A stretch of DNA of 64,000 nucleotides from Azolla caroliniana. Taxonomy: Eukaryota > Plantae > Polypodiophyta. Where the stretch lies: NCBI GenBank assembly GCA_043228905.1, contig JBHGNT010000003.1, positions 25,110,001 to 25,174,000 on the forward strand, read 5' to 3'. Of this stretch, positions 62,814 to 64,000 are shown piece after piece. The notes beneath the pieces are model-generated. The model was given only the letters and a program-made list of their open reading frames with translations. It had not been told where the DNA came from and searched no databases. Both the position numbers and the translations under genes were made by a program. Each line of letters opens with the position of its first letter. Position 1 is the first letter of the stretch.

Positions 62814-64000
62814 AAAAGAGGAACCTATATGTGTTGGGACTCAAGCTGAGGGGGAGCTAAAGGTGTATACACGGAAGAGGAGGCTTAAAAATGGAAATAT
62901 GAAAACGTCTTCAGTGCCACTTGTGCCATCAAGTTCCATGTCTCGACCTGCCTCGACTTCTGAAATACATATAGAACTCTGAAACCCAGAAATCACAGGT
63001 GATATGATTTCCTCTCCTTCTCCTATAGAGGTTAGGAGGACCTCTCGTAGTAATGCAAGAGTCCCTCCTGATCGTTATGGTTTTCCTCATGAAATTGCTC
63101 AAATTATCTCTTATTCTAACATATCAGCTACATATAGAGCATTCATTGCACAATTAGACTCTGTCACTTTACCCAAGTGTTGGCAGGTTGCTAAAGAAGG
63201 TCCAAAGTGGAAAGCAACCATGCAAGAAGAAGTCGGAGCTCTTGAGAAGAACAAAACTTGGGAGATTGTATCACTACCACCAGGAAAGAAGGCGGTTGGG
63301 TGCAAATGGGTGTTTACAATAAAACAGACCCCAGAGGGAACAATAGATCGATACAAGGCACAATTAGTGGCTAAGGGATATAGTCAAACATATAGCATTG
63401 ATTATGATGAGACTTTTGCACTTGTAGTGAAGATGAACACTAATAGAACGCTTATTTCCTTAGCAATGGATAAGGATTGGAAATTACATCAATTAGATGT
63501 AAAAAATGCATTCCTTCATGGAGAGTTGATGGAGGAAGTGTACATGGATATCCCCCGGGTTTTGGTATAATTCAAACAATAGGTAAGGTTTGCAGACTAA
63601 GGAAGTTGCTTTATGGACTAAAGCAATCTCCTTGAGCCTTGTTCGACAGGTTAAGAAGGGCTATGGTGGGTATGGGATACCAACAGACGAATGCAGACCA
63701 TATAGTGTTTTTTTGACAACACAAGGAGCATACTACATTACTTACTGTGTATGTGGATGATATAATTATCACGGGTAACGATGAAGGAGAAATTGCTCAA
63801 CTAAAGGTGCAATTGGGTAAAGAGTTTGAGGTGAAGGATCTAGTATTGCTAAGATACTTTCTTGGAATTGAGGTAGCTCGTGGAGCAGAAGGAGTTGTTC
63901 TATCTCAGCGAAAATATGTATTACATCTTCTCACAGAAACTGGAATGTTGGGTTTAGGCCCGTAGCTTCTCCAATCGACCAAAAGATCAAGCTAATTGAA

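Larger units (their letters stand above)
54397..64000 (+). mobile_element. Ty1/copia element A (short LTR, Ale/Retrofit-like), decayed, in SRT1 intron 7; runs past the window end
   Basis: 5' LTR ends near 54580 (left edge unclear) with PBS TGGTATCAGAGC at 54581. gag CYNCCAAGHLKNAC, PR WIIDSGAS and IN CDACEFGK / HSDVCGP. It is interrupted at 57332-62813 and resumes with RT motifs (KKAVGCKWVF, QLDVKNAFLHG, YVDDIIITG). Confidence 0.93.

Overview
AT-rich eukaryotic nuclear DNA from a land plant. A fern or other non-seed plant is inferred from the PLS-PPR fragment and the LINE and gypsy types, but is not proven. There are three spliced host genes. An importin-7/8 (SAD2-like) gene lies on the minus strand and runs off the left edge. 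A complete MATH/TRAF gene (TRAF1a/b = MUSE14/13 family) on the minus strand has a repeat-expanded C-terminus. A SIRT6-type sirtuin (SRT1) on the plus strand has its intron 7 running off the right edge. The rest is mostly transposons. A short-LTR, chromodomain-less Ty3/gypsy element with a 4-bp TSD and a gag/pol -1 frameshift carries a nested Tnt1/Tork-like copia. SRT1 intron 7 holds a copia with a same-family copy inserted in inverted orientation, which in turn carries a hAT insertion and a ~1.2-kb tract almost identical to the outer copy. Two related solo-LTR-like remnants share a tRNA-like A-box/B-box module. There are also LINE fragments, a second hAT-type MITE, a PPR pseudogene fragment and several tandem arrays. 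All coordinates and alignments were read by eye and may be off by a few bases; no database searches were run.
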